From Amoebophrya sp. A120 (lineage: Eukaryota > Protista > Dinoflagellata): a DNA stretch of 64,000 nucleotides. Shown here piece by piece: positions 27,501 through 39,213 of the stretch. Within the stretch, counting starts at the first letter, position 1, and every line of letters starts with the position of its first letter. The notes below the pieces were generated by a model, which was not told the origin of the DNA, did not search any database, and worked only from the letters and a program-made list of their open reading frames with translations. Made by a program: the position numbers and the translations under genes. The stretch spans positions 1,315,242 through 1,379,241 of the forward strand of contig CAJINV010000014.1 in the NCBI GenBank assembly GCA_905178155.1, given 5' to 3'.

Positions 27501-28095
27501 CGTGTCCGACGATGATGATTCATTATTCCATGAACAACAAATTGCCTCCCTGAACAGCGACAAGTATCTGTCCCAAGAAGCAGAGAAAATCGCGCGGAAG
27601 CGGCAGAAACTCCAGACGGAGCTGCAGAACCGGAAGAGCAAGGCGCGCGCGCTCTGTCAGGAGTGCGGTATTCCCGTGGAAAATCTGCTATTGGAAGAGG
27701 CTGGGGAGGAGCGAAAGCGGGTAGGGAAAGGGCTGACGTCGGGGACAGGACCACAGGGAACAACAATTGTGAGTACTTCTTCTACAGCACCAGCTTCGAG
27801 AGCCAGTTTGTTCGCAGCAATCGACGACTTGCGGAAGACAAAACAGGACCTATACGACTACGGCGCGACGAATCTCGAACTTCTGCTTCACAAAAAAACT
27901 TCACCGCAGTTCTTGAACAGTCCGGCTTGCGCCCGCGTTGCAACCACCGTCGCAGAAAAAGTCGAGCAAGCGGTGCTGGAAACCGGCGAGAATCTGGCAG
28001 CTCTGACCGGCGGCACACAAGTGGTGACCACAACCATGTCACCGGAAATGTATTTCCAGCAGGAGTTTTTTGGAAACGACAACGAGGCTGACTAA
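12555..28095 (+). CDS. Giant (~4,700 aa) low-complexity hypothetical protein, 8 exons
   Basis: Exons 12555..23316, 23448..24126, 24277..24328, 24546..25832, 26158..26194, 26350..26671, 26932..26967, 27237..28095. One GT-AG intron (23317..23447) and six TAT..ATA introners. Every junction keeps the frame (RRKF|EEKY, KGF|EYRL, VFE|AISL, WEE|EYEK, RVA|EVRG, LQA|ELKQ). Confidence 0.75.
24127..24271 (-). mobile_element. Introner / non-canonical intron, family A (opposite orientation to the other A copies)
   Basis: DR tttga at 24122-26 and 24272-76. Ends TATggacTGCAAAAGTATCGTA...TACGATACTTTTGCAcaggATA. Removing 150 nt restores the frame. Confidence 0.9.
24329..24540. mobile_element. Introner, family E (TAC..ATA variant)
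   Basis: DR gcttc at 24324-28 and 24541-45. Imperfect IR aagaactgtgt / acacagttttt. Removal restores KGF|EYRL. Confidence 0.8.
25833..26152. mobile_element. Introner, family D
   Basis: DR tcgag/tcgaa (1 mismatch). IR cccccaccccatatcaaaa / ttttcgatatggggagggg. Shares tcttgcaagacaga..gatttgtgg.caca.atcagca with the 60188 copy. Frame restored. Confidence 0.8.
26195..26344 (+). mobile_element. Introner, family A
   Basis: DR agagg at 26190-94 and 26345-49. Ends TATcctgTGCAAAAGTATCG...CGATACTTTTGCAatgcATA. Frame restored. Confidence 0.9.
26672..26926. mobile_element. Introner, family F
   Basis: DR gtggc at 26667-71 and 26927-31. About 45-bp imperfect TIR (tatgacctgctcaagcgttacaa..atctcaaacgttacaatagaat / attctattgcaacgtttgagattgtaacacctgagcgggttata). 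Frame restored. Confidence 0.9.
26968..27231 (+). mobile_element. Introner, family B
   Basis: DR caagc at 26963-67 and 27232-36. Ends TATtcacTGCAAAAATGTCTCGGTCTGGAAGAG...CTCTTCCAGACCCAGACATATTTGCAtatgATA. Frame restored. Confidence 0.9.
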
Positions 28096-29965
28096 GTAGT
28101 TCTTGACACTAGTTTCGTATTCTCCCTCACGTGCAGATCCTGCACCGACCGGAATGTGTCGCTAATGGGTTTTCAGGGTTTTTTCCTGGGTTAGGGTTAT
28201 TTATTCGAGATAGCGCCTTGCACGATTTCAGTCAACATTCTATGAACAAAGAAAATCAAAATATCATGCAGGAAAAACTGTGAAAACTCCTGAGAACACG
28301 TTAAGCGTAGACCTTTTCCACCTTGTTCAACATTAACGAGAAGCGAGCCATTATTTCTTCACAGGAGCAAATTAAGCATGAATCCTTCTCACGGCCACGA
28401 TAAGGATTGTTTTGGATCTTATCACTATCATGTTGGAGAAACATCAACAAGTTTTGCTCTGAGCAGTTGAGTAGCCACCAGGAACCGTTTTTGCAAATAA
28501 AAAATGACCCCAGCATTAAGTAAATTAGATTTTGAATTTGTATTTGCCAGCAGCTTCTTTTTGGCGCGGGCAGGAGTTGTACACATGGGTTTTTCTACTT
28601 TCCCGCCTCCCTATTAAAAATGAACCTGACGATTATCATTTTGATTGTCAATGCCTGACGGTTAAGTATGAAACAACAAGAATACCAAAGCCAATACGTC
28701 CTGCAGCTGCGGAGACGTCTGCCAATTCCAATTCCGTCTGCCAATTAGGTAAATGGCTAGAGTAGTAGAAGCAGGGGCGCGAGGTCTAGCAGCAGCTCTT
28801 GTCTTCGTTTCTTTTTTTTTCATCTTCGCGCCCTGATATAGAGCAGAATGAAAAAAAATGCCTTTCAGCCGGAGAAACAGCTGTCAGCCAGAGCCTCATC
28901 CGCCTGGGGCTACGCGCCTGGCCTCCGGTGCGTAGTGCCAGGCGGCTGCTTAGCTACTACCCCTATTGCCAGTACTCTAGCTACTTAGTTAGCATAGGGC
29001 ACTTCACTAGCGTGGCTAGCATACTGCTGCCATAGGTTTTTTTTCGATGATGATAAAAGTTGAGAAACCGGGTAGCTGGGTTAGCCCGGTAGTGCGCCGA
29101 GTGACCCAGCATCGGACGGGCGCGCAGGCTCTATGTTTCCACCGGCCCTATGGGTGCCGTTTGTCATAGGTTTGCTATATAGCAGCAGACTTTGGGTTTA
29201 CACATGCAGCATATGTAGGACGCTGCGCGCAGAAGTGCAGACGCTTTCGAACGTGCCTGCATATCCTACATGCCCTACATACCCTACGCGTTGCATGTTT
29301 CTCACTGCGCGCGCGCAGCGCGCGCCCCGAGAGTTTTTGTTTTCTGCGTGCAAACGTATGCCGATCCGAGCGCGTGCAGTGTGCGCCACGAAAAATCTTT
29401 TCCGTCCTGCATTCATCTCCCGATCGGCGCGCGCGCGCCCAAGAAAAGTAGACCCCTATCTGCATTTTTTTTTCTTCGCGCGCGTCCAGAAAATTTTTTG
29501 GGCTACGGGTCTGCATGGATGTGGCGCCGCTCATCGCGCCAGGTGGCGCGGCGGGTTAGTTTCGACGTTCGTGCGAGACCAGAAAATAGAACTGCCGAAA
29601 TGTGTCAAAGTCCTGGCATAAGTTGGCGACATACCCCACGCACCCTATGCGCGGCATGTGCAGGATGTTGCTGAGGGTTACGGGCTTCAAGCTTATTGCG
29701 TACGCCTTTCGCTAACAGGTAGGTGGGGGGGAAGTAGGCCAACACCATAGCAGTGCTGGCCTTCGGTGGTTGGGGGGGGGTTGCGGTGGTTTCTGGATTT
29801 CTACCTCTATTCCTTTTTTCATCTACTTCGCTATAGTCATCCCTTTACCTTTTCTCTTTAATTATAGAGTTCCTTCATATGTCGATGTCCCGAATAGATA
29901 AGTGGGGGGGGAAGTAGGCCAACACACAACACCATAGCAGCGGGGGGGGAAGGGTGCCGGAGGGA

Positions 29966-30093
29966 GGGTGGCGATGGGTGGCGATGGGTGGCGGTGGGTG
30001 GCGATGGGTGGCGGTGGGTGGCGGTGGGTGGCGGTGGGTGGCGGTGGGTGGCGGTGGGTGGCGGTGGGTGGCGGTGGGTGGCGGTGGGTGGCG
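29966..30093 (+). repeat. (GGGTGGCGRT)n decamer minisatellite, about 12-13 copies
   Basis: Seen directly. Flanked by three related copies of ggggggaagtaggccaacaccatagcag at ~29724, ~29904 and ~30229. Confidence 0.95.
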
Positions 30094-31221
30094 CTCGGTC
30101 GTGCTGGTTTTTGTACCCAGATAGCTACATATATACATAGGCTACTCCATTCATAGTCTAAAAAAAAAATGAACATAGTGCTATAGCTATAGACCATATA
30201 TTATAAAGATGTATGAAGATAGATAAGCGGGGGGGAGTAAGGGAACACCATAGCAGCGGGGGGAGAAGGGTCGTGGAAGGGTTTGTCGTCTTTTTCCCTT
30301 TTTTCCAAAACCTTCAAACACATCGGGAGTCAACTTCGCTGCAGTTCTTGCACAAGTAGGAAAAAAATGCCAATCACGATGCTACTGCTCCTATTTGCTC
30401 TCATACCAAGAATACCAAAGCCAATACGTCCTGCAGCTGCAGAGATATAGTGCTTGCAGCTTATGGCTTTCGCTTTGATTACCCCTACGACGGCGGGTGA
30501 AGTTCAGGCGTCGAAATACTGCAAAAGAACTTCCAAAAAACTTTGAAAATTTCAAATTTTCTTGGTCGCCAGAATGAAAAAAAAACCGAAAGTTGCCCGC
30601 CCACTTCCAAAAAAAAAAATGGGCTCTTGACAGTACGTGGAAGGAAAAAAAAAACTCGGAAACGACACGCAGGCCCAAAAAAAAAGCTGCAGGGGGAGGC
30701 TGAGTCTGGGTTTTCCTATTTTGCTCTTTCGCCCCATAGCAAAAGAGCTGCTCTGTGCTTCATGGGCGCGACAGAAATCACACTCTCCCCTTCCAAAAAA
30801 AGAAACCCCTCGCCCGGTAGTAACTCGGCGAAAAAAATGGCACTGCTGCGGCAGTGGTCTGCGAGCGAATTTCTGTGCAGCTACGCTTGGCGGCCTTTCG
30901 CAATATCAAGCGCCACAGTTACGGCGTGAAACGGGGCCGGCCCCGGGTCCGGCCGCCAATTATCGGCGACCGGCATCGCGGGATCCGCTCGTAGCTGGCT
31001 GCCTTTTTCAGCCCTCTATGAATGACATGGGAAAAGTTCGTAGAGAATACCATGCGGCACGCACCCCGCGCCGGCGGCACGGTGGGAGTTGGTTGGCCCA
31101 AATGGCGCGGTGTTCGGGACGGCCAAAGTGCCCGAATCCGCTCGGGGAAGGTGTTAAAAACGCAGGCATTTTCCTGGCCCGACTCTGTCTGTGGCCAGAA
31201 AAATCGCGAGTTTTCCTGCTC

Positions 31222-31451
31222 AAAAGACTTTGAAAAGACTTTGAAAAGACTTTGGAAAGACTTTGGGGAAAGCGCCCAGAAGTGCGCGCTTTTTGAAAGC
31301 TTCGCCCGATGTTATGGTCAATTTTGGCCATGCAGAAACGGGAGCGTTTTCCAAAGTCTTTTCGAAGTCTTTTCCAAAGTCTTTTCAAAGTCTTTCCAAA
31401 GTCTTTTCAAAGTCTTTTCAAAGTCTTTTCGAAGTCTTTTCAAAGTCTTTT
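31222..31451. repeat. Two opposed arrays of an 11-bp unit (AAAAGACTTTG x4, then CAAAGTCTTTT x9)
   Basis: 31222..31265 and 31351..31451 are reverse-complement arrays separated by ~85 bp. Confidence 0.9.
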
Positions 31452-32399
31452 GCTCCGACTTTGGCGAGGCGCCAGGCCTCAAACTTATGGCATGGGAAGT
31501 TGGCCCATACCGTCGGGATTCGGCCAGTCGGCCGGGTCCAAAAGAAGCAAAAAAGGCCACTTTTGGCCATTCTTGTGTTGCCATGCCGCCGGGGCTGCGC
31601 GCGTGCCGCATGGTATTCTGGGCACCAAAGTCGCAGCGCCGCGAAGTTGGGAGGCGGCGCGGCGCATGTGACATCTGCGGGGTCGCAGTACCGCCGGCGC
31701 TGCGCGCGTGCCGCATGGGTATCTGGCCGCATCTTTCCTAGCGCCGCCTCCGAAGCGGAAGCAGTTCGCGGCGCCGCGATTTTGGGGGCATGTGACACAC
31801 GGGGCGCCGTAGTGCCGCCGGCGCGGCATGCGTGCCGCATGGGTATCTGGCAGCGTTTTTCCTTCTGCCTACGTCGCGCCCCAAGTGGGCCCACTGCTTT
31901 ACCACGCCGCGCAGTCCTCTATTACAGCAACAAATGGCGACGAAGCTCCGCGCGCCCTATGATGAAATTCTGGCTACCTGGAAGAGCGGGGCTCTAACAG
32001 GACAGGGGGGGCAGGTGCAGCGCTGGGGGGATAGAGGGCAGCAATGCGCTGCGATGTTCTTTTTCGCGCTTTTCCTTTTTGCCTGCGTGGCTGTGTTTGG
32101 CGCAGCTATTTCGGCTACCCAGGGAGGCGTCCTCCTAGCGGGGTGGGTGGTGTGGTCGGTAGTATCGTCATGCTTCGGCGGGGTATTTATACACTCTCTC
32201 GCGTCAGTCTTTTGCCCGAGTGGAGCGGTTTCCTCGCTGTATCGGTGGGGGCCGCGCTTTTTTCCTTGGGCGGCCGCGATTGGCCAAATGAATTCGGGTG
32301 GGGCTCTGGGTTCCGACCTCCAAGCGCGGGCGCTTGTTCTTTGGGCCCCACCACCCTCCCCCGGCGCCCTCCCTCGGCTTCAGTGTATCGCCAAACAGA

Positions 32400-32583
32400 A
32401 TGGGAAGCCGGCCAAGGGGTTTGACCATGACCCTGCACCGCTCAAACAGAATGGAAGGAAAGGCCCGGAGGTTGGCCATTCACCAAAAGGCAAAGGGCGG
32501 GAGTTTGGCCATTCACTAGGAGGGGAACGTCGGGAGTTTGACCATTCACCAGAAGGGCAGGCTCGGGAGTTTGCCCACTCACC
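32400..32583 (+). repeat. Degenerate ~33-bp tandem repeat (cgggagtttggccattcacc...)
   Basis: About 4-5 units ending immediately before the third 25-bp boundary motif. Confidence 0.8.
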
Positions 32584-34377
32584 CACAAGAATACCAAAGC
32601 CAATACGTCCAATTGAGACATAGCGCTTGCAGCTTATGGCTTTCCACCTTTTCGCTTGGATGTCTGTGAAATAAAGCCAGCAAGAATGATAAACGACAGC
32701 GCACTAACGTTGTTGCACTAGTAAACGGGCGTTATTTTGTATCTTTGTGAGGTTCTTGCGTACTATGGAGGGTGGCGTGCGTTGCTTCTGAGTCATTTCT
32801 TTGCTGCTTCGAGCAGTTAGGCCCTCCCTAGAAGAAGTGTTGATTTCTTGTTGTGTTTTCGTTGTATTGAAAGTAAAACAGCTCTTTAGAAAGAATTTAG
32901 GTCCTCGAAAAAGGGTCGAAAAGTCAATGCAAGAATCAAACTGATACACACTCATAGAACATAAAAAAAGTTTTGCTACGTCAACACCAGTTTTCCAGAA
33001 ATTTTGATTTTGTGAATTGAGTACGGTCAGTACGTCTGAGAAATTTGTTTATTCTTGTATCAATGGCCCGAAAAGAAAACTAGGCTAAAATGTTTGCGAA
33101 ATTCAGATCCGGTCGTTTGCTGTAATAAATTTCTATCATCAAGGTGCTGCTAATATGGTGTTTTTTTTATTGAAATAGGCCTACTTCTTAGGTGACCACG
33201 AGTAACAGTAAGTGCAAGCTAGTGGAAGTAGTTCATCTAGTTGGCAAAAAACCAAAAATTCTGACTGGTGGTAGCTCGTCCTCGTCCAGGAAAAACAAAG
33301 GAACAACCACGAGATCCGCGTTCACTACCGCTGCGTAAAAATGAGGAAGAAAATATGCGCGTCGTCAAAATGCGACTGCGTATGTTCTTCCGATGAAGCG
33401 CTGCTGGATTTTCCCATCGTTCCAGTTGGCGTGCTGTCGAAGGCAACGAACAGTTTTCAATGTTTTGCGGTCTTTTGGCCCCCCGAGATCAATTAAACTG
33501 TTGCATTCAAATAACCTCCTCTTCCTGCAATCAAATAAACCGATCTAGGCATGGACTTCATGATGTAGTTGTTGATCCATCTTCAAAAACCAGAAGCAAG
33601 GGAACGACACCCGCGCCGAGTTGATCCGACGGAGAGGCGGGTTGAAAATTGTCATCAAAAAATGCTCGTTCTCTATTTGTTATTGTTTTTGCGATTAGCT
33701 GCTTGTTCCAAAAGAATTGCATTACTGGTCTGGATCTTGATCTTCTCTGATCTCAATGGTAAAAATCCGCGGCTCGTCAGTTGTGATCTGTTTGTTTCTT
33801 CGAGATCTGCTGCAAAAAGCCCCTGTGCGAAATATATAATGTGCAAAACCAAAGATGTTGATCCCATGTTATGTATCGAGAACTGAAGCATTTTTTGCTT
33901 TCTACAGAATTTATCTTTTCATTTTTTTTTTCCGTCCGGTGAACCAAACAGCAGGGGGTGGTCATCCTGGTCTCTCAGGCGCAATATTCTGTTGAGGCGG
34001 TTTTAGTTCGACATGATTGGTGTGACAATGCTAGCTACTTCCGTTTCATTACCACTCATGATCTCGCTCCTTTTGTACTAGAAAGCCGTTGTTGTAGAGG
34101 TTCTTGATCGTTCGAAGAAAAGACCCTAATTTGTTTCACGCACTTGGATGGCACCGCGTCCCTGCGCGGGGTAGTTCGTCGTCTCCCGCTCCCAGTAGTT
34201 GTATTAATTGACAACCTGCCTTACTGCAAGACCAAGAGCTTCTCGACCACATGACGCACCCTAGTTGTACTCTTTAATACTAGCCGCGACCACCGACCGC
34301 AAGAGCAGAAGAATTCGCATTTTTATTGACCTCCATCGCGGACGACGAGGACGAAAAAATAAACGTCGCGAATAAAA

Positions 34378-37300
34378 ATGCCCCAAGGCAAGTTTATCAG
34401 CGGCTACCCGATTTTTCCGCACGGGAAAAAGAGTTGGCAGTACCAGAGCCGGGTTTTATCGGAGGCGGCGCAAAAGTTGCCCAACCTCGTTTTTGATTTT
34501 TACGCCTGGGACGACCTGCGGTTCGTGAGTCCAGAGAGGATCTTCGCATCCCATGTCGAGCACAAGCGGCTGAAAGATGAGAACGGGGAGGTGTTGACAC
34601 TGGACGCATCTTCTGCTGCATCTGAAGCAGGAAGACAGGCGAAGAATAACAGATTTTCCGTAGCCGATAAGACCATCGGGGCTTCGTCTTCAAAGGAACG
34701 TCCTCCGAAGAAGAGTGGGGTGTTGAAACCGGGAATAAATACCGCGTTCAAACCGGATGTCAGTGAAGATTTCGGGACGCGAAACGCAACGGCTTCGCTG
34801 CTCGAGGGGCAGAGTCCGGACAATTGGAACAACTTCTATGGGGACAATAACGAACAGAATGTGTCGCTCACCCCGCCGGCAGTAGAAGAAAATGCGGACC
34901 AAATCCCGCCGGGGCGGCCGACGCCCGCAACTATCATGCACCCAACGATACCCGGGGGGCCGGGAAAAATGAATCCAAAGACGGGGCAGAAAAATCCAAC
35001 CATTACCGAAATGAAGGCCAGCAAATACACAATTCCATGTATTCTTTTAAGTTGTACATTTTTCGATGGATTTGATACAATAGCGAACATCAGATCATGC
35101 AGGTACAACCACCACAGAAGCCTTCTTCTCATTCTCTGTTTGATGCGAAAATCTGTCTATGTTTTAGAAAAATCTGTTGGTTCGCCTTCGCTCAAAGAAA
35201 TAGGTACATCGAAGCTCTATCGCTCTATCCACTTCGACCTCTCAAATAAAACAGGTCCCCACCCCGTGGTCGAGCATGGCGAGCGGCTGTTGATCGACCG
35301 AAAACTTTTCGATGACCTCTGTGTCTGGCAGCGGCGGTCCGGGCCGAAGGCCATGTTTACCGTCAGCCTGATCGTGCCCACGTATTCGGTCGATCAATGC
35401 GAGGAAAACCATCCCGTGCTGCCGCGTCTGAATAAGCCGGTATAGACAATATAAATATGAGCTAGTTTTTTTCTGCTTGTAGCATGTGTATTTGTGTTTC
35501 TGTAGCTTTATAACCACCCCACATTCTGTTTCTGGCGCGGCTGCTGCTGCGAGGAAAGTAACTTCGGCACTTCCGGCAGTAAACATGACATTCCATCGAC
35601 ACGTCGACACAAACTACTCACAGGACATGGACCTCGTCTGCATCGGCGCCGCCACCCTGTATTGGGATCACCAGGTGGGCGACGTGGATGACCAGGGAGA
35701 GCCCATTCCGTCGGTCTGCATCCCGTACTTCGGCACGATTTTTGGGCTTCGTGGACAGAAGCTCGGGGAGATCTTCATGCACTACATTCTGGAGACGCTC
35801 TCGCACACACTTTGGAACAAAGAGGCCCACTTCCGCGCGCACGAGGAAAAAATTTCGCTCATGCAGGAGCACAACCTCGCCACCGACCTCGATTACATTG
35901 GGTGGCGACACACAAACAGCCACCTCGGGAAGTTCGGGCGTCTGGTGAGCAACAAGAGACCGAATAATCGCGACGAGGGCCGGGTGTGCGAACTTTACTT
36001 ACCCGCGACGAAGAAGGCGGTCCCGTTCTGGCAGAAGATGGGGGGGCAGCTGATTGAGGTGTTGAACGAAGACAATCTCGCCAACGAGGACTCTCCCTCC
36101 GCGGCAGGAGGAGACAACAACAACGCGACCCAAATAAAGAAGCAAAACATCGTGAACTACGCCGACCAAACGCTGGTTCTCGGGACGAAAAACGTGAAAA
36201 ACGACCCGTTCAAGAGGGAACACATCTGCACGGGGCAGGTGGCCGAGGAGATGCACTGCTTCTCGCAAAGCACCACGCAGCTGTTTTACATCGACTATTT
36301 GGAGGTTTTGGAAAGAACGAAAATTCCGCTCCTCCCGAACGCAGCGGCTTTACACTCCTCCTTCCTCACGGCGGAGAACTTCTGGCTGTTCCGGGAGGAG
36401 AGCCGCGCCAGGGAGGCGCGGTTGCGGATCAAGATGTTGCCGACGTCCGACGTGAAGAAGGACGTGGACGGGTGGACGTTACTGCACGAAGCGGCGCAAA
36501 GCGGGGACGACACACTCGTGGACGCTGCGGTGCGGCGACGGGTGGACCCGCAGTCACCGGATCACGAGTGGAAGCAAACGCCGATCTTCTATTCGGCGAA
36601 CCTCAACAAATGCGACGTACTTGATGTTTTATACTGATTCGCAGCTTGTTCACCTTTTGTTTTCTTTCACCATCATGCAATCTTTGGGGTTTTTTTCCTT
36701 TTCGTCGCAAAAAACTCCTCAGAAATGAAGTTTCTTCACGTTCACCCCAGAAATATTAAAATTGACCCTTCCAATCATCTCCAGGCCATCGCGATCATGA
36801 TAAAAGCGGGTGCCAAAGCCAAGCACTACGATGTGAACGGGCAGCCCGCGCTTTTCTACGCGGCCAAGCACAACAGTCTGGAGGCCGCGAAGATGTTCGT
36901 CGAGGAGCATGGCGTCAGCAAAAACACCCGCGACGCGTGCCGCAGGAACGCGTTTTACTATGCGCAGCAGAGCGACCAAAACGGGTCCCACGCGGAGATG
37001 ATGAAGCTGCTCGCGGTGGAGGAAGACAGTGACGAGAGCGATTCCAGTTCGGACGAAAAGCAGAAAAAGGTGAAGACCCGCAACCCCTCCGCGCGCATTG
37101 CGGCCCAACGGGCCCAGCAGGAGCAGCAGCTGCGCTGGGCGGACTTACCCTACTGTCCGAGTGCCGAGGCACAGATCAAGCACAAGCTGATGTCGGGGGG
37201 AAGTAGCTCGGCGTTGCTGAAACCCTCCGGCCACGCGGCACAGAATCTCCAGTTGTTGACGAAAGGAGGCGGGGGTGGACCTCCGGGAGGTGTGGCCGGG

Positions 37301-37921
37301 AATAACAGGACAGGTGCTGGGACGAGTGGTAGTTCTAGCTCCTCCTCGACTTTGGCCGGCGGGACGAGTGCAGCTGGTCGTGGTGCAACGTCACAAGCAG
37401 CAGCGGCACACGCACAGCACCAGATGTTTCTGCAGCATAAAGGCGGCAGTGGTCCACCCCCAGGGAGCGGTGGAAAGATGAACGCCGCGGCGGGCCAGCA
37501 TAACTTTTCCGCCCAGCAGAAGGCAGCGGCCGCGCAGCACTTCGCCGCACATCACAAAGGGCAGCACTATAGTAATTACCCAGGTGGAGGTCAGCATCCG
37601 CAATACAACAGCCACGCAGCCGCGGTACAACAACAGCAGCACAACATGCTGATGAAAGGAGGTGGACCAAATGCAGCTCAAAAATCTCATCTACCCCGCA
37701 CGAACAGCGGACAGAAGTCATCACATGTACTCCTCCCACCGCCGCCGAATCTCAATCTCGGAGGACCGCCACGCGGTCCAGGTTCGCTTCCTGCGCAAAC
37801 GCTGTTACCCTTAGACGACGGGATATCCGCCTCGGCGGCGAAATTGATGCGCCCAGGTGGGGGAATGAACCAGAACCGGCGGCCTGGCATGGGCGGCAAG
37901 GGCGGGAATAAGGGGAAATAG
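34378..37921 (+). CDS. GNAT acetyltransferase-like domain + ankyrin repeats + G/Q/P-rich tail
   Basis: GNAT motif A-like FGTIFGLRGQKLGEIFM and motif B-like LYLPATKKAVPFWQKMG. Ankyrin-like DGWTLLHEAAQSG, QTPIFYSA, NGQPALFYAAKHN, RRNAFYYA. GT-AG introns 35440..35623 and 36617..36784. Probable further in-frame intron ending at 35254 (donor uncertain). Confidence 0.75.
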
Positions 37922-39213
37922 AGCGAGCTGGAAATAAGCAGCGGCGGCGACCGATGGCGGTGGTGGGAAGGAACGTCGGCTACTACGTATAGTACGACGT
38001 GCTGTGAAATAAATCCCGGAGCGGAACAAGCCACCTAATTTTTGGAAAGAAGGAACAAGCGACGTAAGTTCTTGTTTAAGCGACAAAAATGTTGGCGGTA
38101 GGCTAGCAACAGCGGGAAACAGTAGAAGACCAAGCTCCTCTCCCTCAACACCCTCAGCTGCTGCAACGACGTTTACGGGCGACAGAACCAGCACGGCGAT
38201 GAGGCCGCGGCTGGGAAAGGGAATTCGAGTTCCACAATCAGAGAGCAGTGGGGTCGGTTGGGCTCGCGCGCGATGTGAAAAATGTCCGCGCGTCGAAAGG
38301 TGGCTGCGGGGGTGGTGCGCACGCTAGGAAGTAGAGTGCAGAACCAGAGGACGGGGACGTCCCGGACGAAATGCAGCAAGCGAAACGAGCAAAGGCAAAC
38401 TAATGCCAATCCACTCGGCGAAGGAAATTCGGAAAGAACCCGGCCCACCCTGTCCCGTCCCGACGCGGCCCGGGCCCGGCGGAGAGGACGCGACGGTCGC
38501 ACTTGAAGCCGGCGGGGGAACTGCGGCTAATAGATGAGGGAGTGCGCGGCTTGTGTCTTTGTTCAGGCGTTGATCGATGGTGCCGCCAGCCTTTGAAAAG
38601 GGCGCTGAAAATATATTCGGGCGGAAGACTGGGAAAACGAAAACGAAGGACCACAACCGTGCTACCGGGGAATGCAGAGGTGGTTATCCCCTGGACGGGA
38701 AAGGGTCCAGGAAATACATGGAATGTTTCGTCAAGCGACTACGACATGTTTTATTGTTGAGAGAGACGCAAAAATCAAAATCTTGTACCTCCAGCGACTT
38801 CTATGCGAATACGACTTTTTTTCAGACTGCCAGTATCATGGCAAGCAACTGCATCATGATAAATACAGACGCGATCTCTACTAGTATTCGAACCTTGGGA
38901 GGACGACCCACCGAGCAGAAAAATGCTCGAGAGGGACGCAAAGGCTCCGTCATCCGTGTTTGTGTGTTCCGACAATAAAGCATTTCTTTTTCGTTCTCTT
39001 TTTCATCACCACGATTTTGGTGTGTGGCCTCAACACAATTTTGATGTGTGGCCTTGATGGTGGGCCGCGCAGTTTTCCGAGACCTTCTGAATGTAGGCAC
39101 GCAGTAGTGAAGTTCAAAATGATCGCAAATAGAAATATCGACACTCAGTAAATTGATCTGATTTTATTAATTTAAGAGCAACGTTGAGCAATTCCAATTT
39201 ACCAGACGAGCAA

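Larger units (their letters stand above)
28677..32645 (-). mobile_element. Non-coding array of units bounded by an identical 25-bp end plus hairpin (possible non-autonomous Helitron/Helentron-like elements)
   Basis: caagaataccaaagccaatacgtcc at 28677, 30407 and 32586, each followed by a palindrome. Units are filled with minisatellites; no credible CDS. Classification is inference. Confidence 0.45.

Noticed and set aside
28165-28200. Telomere-like gggtt runs
   Set aside because: Only one TTAGGG and a few irregular units; not an array.
28677-28701. The 25-mer as a spliced-leader or 5S rRNA gene
   Set aside because: It does not match the dinoflagellate SL (CCGTAGCCATTTTGGCTCAAG) or 5S rRNA on either strand as far as I can tell.
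29133-32623. ORFs of 100-260 aa across the repeat array, and the 63-kb ORFs
   Set aside because: The translations mirror the tandem repeats (FSKSFQSL, ATHRHPPP) and are open in several frames; not credible proteins.
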